DNA of 30,051 nucleotides from a virus (taxonomy: Duplodnaviria > Caudoviricetes): positions 1-30,051 of the IMG/VR virus record IMGVR_UViG_3300037991_000596. One strand, 5' to 3'. Position numbers and translations under genes: made by a program. The notes below the pieces were generated by a model. It did not search any database and was not told where the DNA came from. It was given only the letters and a program-made list of their open reading frames with translations. Position 1 is the stretch's first letter; each line of letters opens with the position of its first letter. Positions 23,638-30,051 of the stretch are shown piece after piece.

Positions 23638-26448
23638 TTAATAAACTCTGTTTGCCGTTTCATTTGCACGTTCCAAAGCAATCAATAAATCTTGACCACT
23701 TACAGAAACATTGCCAGTCACATTGACATTTTGATTATTACCACCAATCATGCCTTGCAATTTATTTAAAGGCGCTATCACTTCAGGATTTTGCCTTGCG
23801 CCAGGATATTCACCAACAAGACCCATTGTTGGACCTGAAACAATACCACCAGCGGCGAACTTTGAAAATGAACTTGAAATCAGCGCAGTCGCACCAGCAA
23901 TCAATGCCGGTAACACAAACGCCGCAGCCGGTCCAAAACTTTTTGCCGTCATTGTTGCGCCGTCAATAGAATTCGCCATTGCGGCTTTTAAATTATGTCC
24001 TATTATTTGAAGTGTGTCTTTTGCTAAAGTACCAACGAAAGCACCTGAAGCCGATTCAGCACCGCCAAAGGCTTTTGTTATTGACCCAGTCAAAGCGCCA
24101 AACGATTGATCAATTCCAGCACCAATTTGTTGCATCATTTGTTGTGCTTCACTCATTGACATCATAAACCCTAAAAAACGCTCTTTCTTTTCATCATAAA
24201 CAAGCGCCTCTTGTTCAGCTTGTGCATCGTCAAACGCTTTTTGTTGTTCCGCAGTCAAAAGACCATTCTCGGCGGCTAATGCTCTCAATTCGTCATAATG
24301 CAATTTAATTCTTTCAAGTTCCAAGGCTTTTTGTTGTTCGTCTGTTGCGTTTGTTGAATCCAAAATTTGTTGCTTTAAATCTAGCATTCGACTATTTTCG
24401 TCCATTTCTAATTTTGCTAAAGTATCTTTTTTAGCTTGTTGTAACGCCTTTTCCTTTTCAGAGCCTTCCTCAACTTGTTTTATTAAATCGTCATAATATT
24501 TAATAGTTTCGTTTTTTCGTTGTTGATACGCTTGAGCATCATTTGTGACTAATGCTTTGTTAATTTCATCATTTAATTTTTTTAATTTTTCAACCCCTTC
24601 AGGATCTAAAACTGGATTGACTGGCAAAGTGATCGGCTCTGTTGTTGGGTCAATTTGTAAATCTTTTGTGTCGCCAATTGTGACATCATTTGTTTCAGGA
24701 ACACCACCCTCACCAGTTGTTGTGTCGCCTTCAGCTTCAAGTTTAAATTTTTTAATTTTTTTCTTTTCAATAGCTTCATTAAAATTGTCAACAACATCAC
24801 TTCCCAATTGTGTGGCACTCATTTTAACACCATTAATGGCTTCACTAAAGCCTTTTTTCATTGCGCTACCTATACCACTGAAACCTGATTTAATTTTAGC
24901 CATATCAAGTGTAAAAATACCCATTATAATGTCACCAACACCCCCAAGAATTCCCATTGCGGCTTTTCCAAATGCTTTGAAAACTTTTACTACTCCACTA
25001 AAAACGGCTTTTCCTATTGCAAAAAGATTTTTAAATTGCATTATAATCATATTGACCGCCATTTGAATTGGAAATGAATTATTATATAATTCAATGAAAT
25101 AATTTGCAACTTGTAAAATTGCCTTTTTAATTGGTTTCCAATTTTTTGTTATAACAATCGCAACGGCAGTCAAAGCGGCAATCACAAGTCCAATCGGTCC
25201 AGTCATAACAGTTAAAGCGCCACCAATCGCTGGTGCTAATGTCATGAGAGTTCCAATAATAGCAATCAACGGACCTAACGCAGCCACGAAACCAATTATG
25301 CCAAGAATTATTTTTTGAGTTGTTGGACTTAAATTATTAAATTTTTCTGTCAACATTGTGAAAAATTGTCCTAACTTTTGAACCGCTGGTGCCACTGCGT
25401 TTAACAGAAGTTGCCCAACCCCCAACAATGATGATTTCATTGCCTCTAATCCTTGCGTCATTTGAAATGATGCCGTTTGTGAAGTCTTTTGAAACGCTTC
25501 ATCAGTTGCGCCCAAAGTGTCTTCCATTGATTTAAATATTTTTATATTGTCTTCCATTCCGGAACCAGTCAAATCTAAAATCCCCTTTAATGCTCTTACA
25601 TTTGGAAATAATTGTGTCATTGTGACGCCAGTTCCTTGAATACGTTCTTTTAAGCCACTTAAAGTTCCCATAAGACCTTGCTCGGAAACTGAAGTTCTTA
25701 AATCTTGAAATGTTAAACCTAACGTGTTTAAAGTTTGTTTCGCTTTGTCAGTTGGTTTTTGCAATGACATCATGATTGCGTTTAGTTGCGTTGCACCATT
25801 CGCCGCATTTGTTCCAGTTCTTGACATGGCAGCCAACGCCGCACCAACTTCATGAAATTTAACGCCCATGTTTGACGCTATTGGCAAAACGCCACCCATA
25901 GCACCGGCAAGTTCAGACGCTTCAAGTTTACCTTCACGAACCGCCGAAACTAAAACGTCAGTGGCGCCACCAGCATTTAAATTTTCAACACCATAAGCGT
26001 TCATGGCTGAAGTCGCTAAATCGGCAATGACTTTTGTTTCACCTAAACCAACGGCAGACGCTTTCAAAGATGCATTCAACGTGTCAGTTGCATCAGCACC
26101 ACGCAAACCAGCTGAAGTGATAAAAAACAACGCTTCAGCGGCTTCATTTGCACTTTTACCAGTATCGACCGCCATTTTCTTTGCCGTTTCGCCCATTTTT
26201 GCAACTTCATTTCCAGCAATACCAACCAACGATGTGATTTGACTCATTGACTTATCAAAATCAAAAGCCATTTTAGTTGCAGCCGCACCGGCAGCCACAA
26301 TTGGCAAAGTCAATTTTGTTGTCATTGATTTTCCAACGCTTTGCATTTTTGAACCAAATGATTGAAGTTTACTAGATGCAGAAGTTAAGGCGTTATTTAA
26401 TTTAGAAGAATCGCCGGTTATGTTAACCTTTAAATTTGCGTTTGACAT
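23638..26448 (-). CDS. Tail tape measure protein (TP901-family core)
   Basis: LTLPIVA.G.AA.K.A..F...M, A.EAAEAL..I.SAG, amphipathic repeats, C-terminal FA.GGIV.GPT...VGE...PEVIAPL. Confidence 0.95.
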   Translation of the reverse strand: MSNANLKVNITGDSSKLNNALTSASSKLQSFGSKMQSVGKSMTTKLTLPIVAAGAAATKMAFDFDKSMSQITSLVGIAGNEVAKMGETAKKMAVDTGKSANEAAEALFFITSAGLRGADATDTLNASLKASAVGLGETKVIADLATSAMNAYGVENLNAGGATDVLVSAVREGKLEASELAGAMGGVLPIASNMGVKFHEVGAALAAMSRTGTNAANGATQLNAIMMSLQKPTDKAKQTLNTLGLTFQDLRTSVSEQGLMGTLSGLKERIQGTGVTMTQLFPNVRALKGILDLTGSGMEDNIKIFKSMEDTLGATDEAFQKTSQTASFQMTQGLEAMKSSLLGVGQLLLNAVAPAVQKLGQFFTMLTEKFNNLSPTTQKIILGIIGFVAALGPLIAIIGTLMTLAPAIGGALTVMTGPIGLVIAALTAVAIVITKNWKPIKKAILQVANYFIELYNNSFPIQMAVNMIIMQFKNLFAIGKAVFSGVVKVFKAFGKAAMGILGGVGDIIMGIFTLDMAKIKSGFSGIGSAMKKGFSEAINGVKMSATQLGSDVVDNFNEAIEKKKIKKFKLEAEGDTTTGEGGVPETNDVTIGDTKDLQIDPTTEPITLPVNPVLDPEGVEKLKKLNDEINKALVTNDAQAYQQRKNETIKYYDDLIKQVEEGSEKEKALQQAKKDTLAKLEMDENSRMLDLKQQILDSTNATDEQQKALELERIKLHYDELRALAAENGLLTAEQQKAFDDAQAEQEALVYDEKKERFLGFMMSMSEAQQMMQQIGAGIDQSFGALTGSITKAFGGAESASGAFVGTLAKDTLQIIGHNLKAAMANSIDGATMTAKSFGPAAAFVLPALIAGATALISSSFSKFAAGGIVSGPTMGLVGEYPGARQNPEVIAPLNKLQGMIGGNNQNVNVTGNVSVSGQDLLIALERANETANRVY

Positions 26449-26473
26449 ATTTTATGATTTGATATACTATTGA

Positions 26474-26481
26474 CAAAAATA
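26474..26481 (-). promoter_or_regulatory. -7 promoter (TATTTTTG) for tape measure gene
   Basis: TAnnTTTG right after a terminator. Confidence 0.55.
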
Positions 26482-26482
26482 C

Positions 26483-26516
26483 AAAAAAAAAGACGCTTTT
26501 ATTTGAACGTCTTTTT
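26483..26516 (-). terminator. Intrinsic terminator overlapping the GT stop
   Basis: AAAAAGACG/CGTCTTTTT stem with T tract. Confidence 0.65.
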
Positions 26517-26855
26517 ATTAGTCATTGATTGAAATTTATTTTCAAACTCTAACATTTGTTCACGAGTTGATTTAGGTTTGTCACGTTCTTTTTTACGTTT
26601 AACGTCAATTGGTAATTTAAACAATTGTTCAGGTTTTATCATTTGCGATTTCTTTTGACATTGTGAATTGTGAATCATAGTCGCCAAATATCGTGTTTGT
26701 TCCCATTTTAATGTGACTTTATTATGATAATACTCGGCAATCAATGCGTTTTCTCTCCACGTTTGCCGCCAAAAATCATCAGGTTTGATGCCGATAAAAC
26801 CAATATAATATTGAGTTAATTTTTGAAAACTTATTTTGTCTTTGACGGCGTCACC
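26499..26855 (-). CDS. Tail assembly chaperone GT, -1 frame extension
   Basis: The -1 frame from the slippery site is open: GDAVKDKISFQKLTQYYIGFIGIKPDDFWRQTWRENALIAEYYH... and runs into ORF 26499-26744. Confidence 0.85.
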   Translation of the reverse strand, partial: GDAVKDKISFQKLTQYYIGFIGIKPDDFWRQTWRENALIAEYYHNKVTLKWEQTRYLATMIHNSQCQKKSQMIKPEQLFKLPIDVKRKKERDKPKSTREQMLEFENKFQSMTNKKTFK

Positions 26856-27211
26856 TTTTTTGGTTTAGCTTGATTTTGTTCACTTATAGAATTGCCAAGA
26901 ATTTTTGATTCAAGCATTGCTTCAACAACTTTGTTAATTTTTTCAGGTGTTAAATCATCTAACCAATTCCCAACGTCAAAAATTGTGTAATCAATAACGT
27001 TGCCCTTTTCTTGATCGTTTGCTAGAATTGCCGAATAGATTAAGGCTCTTAAACCTTTTAAAGAAATACCATTTTCAAAAGCAAGTCCAATGTCTTGCAA
27101 AGGAATGTTTAATTGCTCTGTAAATTCAGACCAAAAATTCATTGAAAAATGTAGTGTGCGTTTTTTTCCGCCGATTGTGAGATCAATATAACCTCTTTGT
27201 TTGTTTGTCAT
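26831..27211 (-). CDS. Tail assembly chaperone G
   Basis: Between MTP and TMP; I.IGGK.R.L.FSMN pattern. Confidence 0.85.
   Translation of the reverse strand: MTNKQRGYIDLTIGGKKRTLHFSMNFWSEFTEQLNIPLQDIGLAFENGISLKGLRALIYSAILANDQEKGNVIDYTIFDVGNWLDDLTPEKINKVVEAMLESKILGNSISEQNQAKPKKVTPSKTK
26855..26861 (-). promoter_or_regulatory. Programmed -1 frameshift slippery site A AAA AAG
   Basis: CCA AAA AAG in the zero frame of the G gene, a few codons before its stop. Confidence 0.85.
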
Positions 27212-27234
27212 GATGTTTGTTGTTTGTCGTTAAT

Positions 27235-27268
27235 AAAAAAAGCCACCGCCAAAATAATGACGGCGGCT
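27235..27268 (-). terminator. Intrinsic terminator after major tail gene
   Basis: AGCCGCCGUCA-UUAUUU-UGGCGGUGGCU-U6. Confidence 0.85.
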
Positions 27269-27293
27269 AAAAATTAATAAACTTTTAATTTTT

Positions 27294-27701
27294 TTAGTTA
27301 GTCGATTTAGTAATCGCACCAGTTAAAGTGATTGAACCACTATAAGTAACGGCAGATTCCATTTCAGCTGACATTTCTACTGAAGACAAAAACCCTTCAG
27401 CGGTGTAAATTGCATCACCAGTTTCAGCAGTTCCAAAAACACAAGTTAATTGCGTTCTAGCTAATAAGAAATCAGCCATTTCAATTGCGTTTGATGAGTC
27501 ATCGTAAGCAACAAGACCCTCGAAAGATATTTCGCCGCCTTTTACTCCGCCAATATATTCAGAAAATCCGTTTGAATCTTTTGTTGTTGCTTCAGGTGTA
27601 TCCATTGATAAAGACAATGAACAACTTGTTGTGTGTCCGACTGTTACTGTCTCGACTTTTAATAATAAATTAGTTCCGTTAAAAACTCCAGTTGTAGCCA
27701 T
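27294..27701 (-). CDS. Major tail tube protein (TP901-1-like)
   Basis: NGT.LLL, TSCSLSLS....ATTKDS.G..E...G.K...IS.EG, YT..G.LSS.E.SA......TYS.S..LTGA. Confidence 0.9.
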   Translation of the reverse strand: MATTGVFNGTNLLLKVETVTVGHTTSCSLSLSMDTPEATTKDSNGFSEYIGGVKGGEISFEGLVAYDDSSNAIEMADFLLARTQLTCVFGTAETGDAIYTAEGFLSSVEMSAEMESAVTYSGSITLTGAITKSTN

Positions 27702-27733
27702 ATTTTATATTTTAAAGTTTATTAAATTTTTTG

Positions 27734-27741
27734 TAAATATA
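27734..27741 (-). promoter_or_regulatory. -7 promoter variant (TATATTTA) for major tail gene
   Basis: Same extended context as 8047. Confidence 0.6.
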
Positions 27742-27757
27742 CGAATTATTTATTTTA

Positions 27758-28054
27758 TTAATCATGAATATATTTCAAACCAAAAAAGGAATGAACGCCT
27801 TCATTATCCAAAATTATTTCATATTTAGACCAATTTGAAATATTAGAATCGTTTTCATCAACCCAACAAACGTCAACGTGATATTTGTCACTTAATATTG
27901 GCGCTTTTATTTCATTGCCTTGTTCATCAAATTCACTTTTATTTAAAATTATATTACCTAGTTTCACGACATTTGTATTTGTATCAACACCCAAGGCGTC
28001 AATTAATTCATTTGCTTTTTGTTCGTCGCTAAATATATATTTTTTTATTATCAT
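27758..28054 (-). CDS. Hypothetical protein coupled to the spike gene
   Basis: KY.F...YHVDV.W...W..YE....EGVHSFFG; 1-nt overlap with the upstream gene. Confidence 0.75.
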   Translation of the reverse strand: MIIKKYIFSDEQKANELIDALGVDTNTNVVKLGNIILNKSEFDEQGNEIKAPILSDKYHVDVCWVDENDSNISNWSKYEIILDNEGVHSFFGLKYIHD

Positions 28055-29331
28055 TACAAGGTTGTTAATTCAATTAATTGTTGATGTGTCAATGCTGTGT
28101 CGTAATATCTTAAATCTTTGCAATGTCCTTCAAATTGACCAGTATTGGCACTAAATCCGTCGTCAAAAGCTAATGTATTTAAACCACTAGGCATTGTTGC
28201 AACTGGGTCAGTATGAACTAAACTTCCGTTTATATATACTTTGCAATCATTCTCTTTATAAGAAAATGCTATTTTATTAAAATTTGTTATGTCAGTCAAT
28301 GTCAAATTTATGTTTACGCTCATTGTAACATTTTTAACTTGAAATCTCATTTTGTTTGATTGAGAGTTTAGAAAATGCATTCTCACAAATTGATTGCTAG
28401 TGCCGTCTGAAATGGCAATATCTCGTCTTGTTTGATCGTCATGTAGAGCGGCAATATGAGCAAATAAAACACCCTCTGAATCATTGAAAATGCTTGAATT
28501 ACCTGAAGCATCGCAAGTTTCAAGATTTCTTGAAACCATTGCCGAAGTTGTTGGAACATAACTTGTTGAAAAATCATTTTCCTCAACTTGTACACCCCAC
28601 AAATAAACAAATGCACTAGATGATGTATCACTACTATCAATATTACCACTTGTGGCACGTGGACTAAAATAAATTGTATTTGTACCAACAGCATCGGAAT
28701 TAAAAACCAATGACAATCTATACCAACCATTGCCGTAATTTTCTGATTTTGTGCTTAATAAAGTTGCGTCTGTTCCAGCTGCGTTTGCCGTTATTGTATT
28801 TGTACTAAATTGATAAATAAAGTCAACCCTACCTGTTGAATAATTGCCTTGCGCTCTCATAGAAAAAAAATCGCCTTCGCCTTGTTTTACAAAAACAGAA
28901 ACGGCAATATTTAATTGTGATGCTGAAGATTTATTTACTTGATCAAAAACATAATTATTTGTGTTTATTGTTGACCCTCTTTGTATTTTATCAGCATTTA
29001 ATTCATTTGAAGGTGATATTATTTGATTTGCAGTAACTGTCAAATCAGCTTGTTTCGTCCATGCTGAATTGTCTAGTTCTTGTGAATAAGTTTGTCGATT
29101 TGTGCTTTGTCTTTCTTTTAAAAATGTGGGACAACTTCCATTAAAATAATCAATTCTTGGAATATTTGTTTGAATAGTTTCAATATAACCCCCTTCATTT
29201 ACTCTAGTTGCTTGACTAGTTCTCGCAAAAGTAAAATCGCCGTCACCATTGGTTGGTTTTACACAATAAAGTTTTTCGGATTTATAACCACTAGGGATTA
29301 AAATAATTTTTGCATCATTGATTGTTGACAT
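28054..29331 (-). CDS. Lectin-like (LamG/ConA-type) spike/fibre protein
   Basis: GDFTF.R.S.ATRVN..G.IE....N.PRIDY, E.QSTN, GNGWYRL, WG.Q.E....TSY.PT, C-terminal K.A..Y....KVYING and L...L..LT. Confidence 0.75.
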   Translation of the reverse strand: MSTINDAKIILIPSGYKSEKLYCVKPTNGDGDFTFARTSQATRVNEGGYIETIQTNIPRIDYFNGSCPTFLKERQSTNRQTYSQELDNSAWTKQADLTVTANQIISPSNELNADKIQRGSTINTNNYVFDQVNKSSASQLNIAVSVFVKQGEGDFFSMRAQGNYSTGRVDFIYQFSTNTITANAAGTDATLLSTKSENYGNGWYRLSLVFNSDAVGTNTIYFSPRATSGNIDSSDTSSSAFVYLWGVQVEENDFSTSYVPTTSAMVSRNLETCDASGNSSIFNDSEGVLFAHIAALHDDQTRRDIAISDGTSNQFVRMHFLNSQSNKMRFQVKNVTMSVNINLTLTDITNFNKIAFSYKENDCKVYINGSLVHTDPVATMPSGLNTLAFDDGFSANTGQFEGHCKDLRYYDTALTHQQLIELTTL

Positions 29332-29346
29332 AAAATAATGTTTTCA

Positions 29347-29354
29347 CAAAAATA
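29347..29354 (-). promoter_or_regulatory. -7 promoter (TATTTTTG)
   Basis: TAnnTTTG 15 nt upstream of ATG 29331. Confidence 0.55.
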
Positions 29355-29375
29355 CAAAATTAAAAAAAGAAATAT

Positions 29376-29519
29376 TTATTTGTCTTCATTAGATTCAACA
29401 TTTGATTCAATAGATTCATTTAATATTGAAACAATTTGTTGCGCTTGTGATAATACAGCTATCGGCAATGTGTTTATGACTTGATTGATTCTTTGAATTT
29501 GATCTTTTGTAATTTCCAT
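29376..29519 (-). CDS. Hypothetical protein (47 aa)
   Basis: MEITKDQIQRINQVINTLPIAVLSQAQQIVSILNESIESNVESNEDK; preceded by TAATTTTG at 29535-29542. Confidence 0.65.
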   Translation of the reverse strand: MEITKDQIQRINQVINTLPIAVLSQAQQIVSILNESIESNVESNEDK

Positions 29520-29547
29520 AATTTAATTTTTATTCAAAATTAAAAAA

Positions 29548-29805
29548 TTATTGTGGTAAATCAATAAAATCATTTGAATAATCATTTGGCAAATAAGATT
29601 CCATTTCTGAAATTTGTTCAGAAGTTAATTCATCTTTATAAAAATCATTTGCTAAAACCCACTTAAAATGGTTTTTTAAAATGTCTAAATCCTCATTTGA
29701 AGTTTCGTCATCACTAGCTAAATTCAATTGATTTTCTATTTGGTTTATTATAACTTCTTTGTGGCTTTCAGGTGTGTTTTCAGATGTTATTGAATTTTTA
29801 AACAT
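29548..29805 (-). CDS. Acidic hypothetical protein downstream of tail fibre (possible fibre accessory)
   Basis: 85 aa; RNxxHL-like KNHFKWVL segment; position after the fibre gene. Confidence 0.65.
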   Translation of the reverse strand: MFKNSITSENTPESHKEVIINQIENQLNLASDDETSNEDLDILKNHFKWVLANDFYKDELTSEQISEMESYLPNDYSNDFIDLPQ

Positions 29806-29823
29806 TTTATTTTTTTATAAAGT

Positions 29824-30051
29824 TTATATTTTAGATTCTAATTGTTCAATTTTAATTATTGCCTCTTTTAACGCAGCCGTTAACAAAGGAACTAATTTTG
29901 ATTGGTCAATTCCTTGGTAAATTGGATTACCGCTTTCGTCTTGTGCATCTTTCTCACCTTGTACGGATTCAGGTACAACTTCACCGGCTTCATGTGCTAA
30001 AAAGCCGTCAACAATTTGAGTATTGCCAATAAAATTAAATCTTTTTGGATT
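29824..30051 (-). CDS. Tail fibre, 3' part (end of S74 chaperone domain)
   Basis: Reads ...EKDAQDESGNPIYQGIDQSKLVPLLTAALKEAIIKIEQLESKI*, in frame with 1-1561 across the junction. Confidence 0.9.
   Translation of the reverse strand, partial: NPKRFNFIGNTQIVDGFLAHEAGEVVPESVQGEKDAQDESGNPIYQGIDQSKLVPLLTAALKEAIIKIEQLESKI
29952..30051. repeat. Terminal direct repeat, right copy
   Basis: Matches 1-100 with one mismatch. Confidence 0.95.

Noticed and set aside
24545-25066. 173-aa plus-strand ORF and the other plus-strand ORFs in the track (e.g. 2051, 3813, 9074, 17318, 23750, 26003, 27885)
   Set aside because: All are antisense shadows of well-supported minus-strand genes, with no recognisable motifs or plus-strand promoters.
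52-29246. Abundant (G/T)CCGTC motif as a Chi-like or uptake signal
   Set aside because: Nearly all copies are in-frame GAC-GGN Asp-Gly codons, better explained by GATGG avoidance.
1-30051. Stop-codon reassignment
   Set aside because: The standard code gives full-length, densely tiled genes, and TAA, TAG and TGA all terminate credible ORFs.

Overview
This window is an apparently complete, circularly permuted genome (unit length 29,951 bp; bases 3-100 recur exactly at 29954-30051) of a small, AT-rich (about 30% GC, estimated by eye) HK97-type siphovirus. All credible genes are on the minus strand. Bacteroidota -7 promoter boxes (TAnnTTTG/A) and SD-less, A-rich start contexts point to a Flavobacteriia-like host. 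Modules in transcription order: early, recombination and replication genes (HTH, SSAP, SSB, RecE-like, DnaA-C-like HTH, DUF3310, VRR-NUC, O-like initiator with internal iterons, orphan PD-(D/E)XK nuclease, primase-helicase, ABC-ATPase/GNAT fusion); packaging and head (TerS, TerL, an unusually long portal, MuF, protease, MCP); a five-gene moron island; head completion; lysis; fibre/spike genes; major tail, a -1 frameshifted tail chaperone, tape measure and one large tail-tip protein. I found no integrase, DNA polymerase, methyltransferase, tRNA, CRISPR or reverse transcriptase. The strongest signals are: (i) a portal extended by about 300 aa of three discrete domains separated by Lys-terminated linkers, a possible protease-processed portal-cargo polyprotein; (ii) apparent genome-wide absence of CTNAG, GGCC, CCATC and GGATG on manual scan, enforced even at synonymous codon level, in a genome that encodes orphan restriction-like nucleases and an ABC-ATPase/GNAT fusion; (iii) a tail-fibre gene missed by the ORF track because it spans the circular junction. 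All family assignments come from motif recognition, not from searches.
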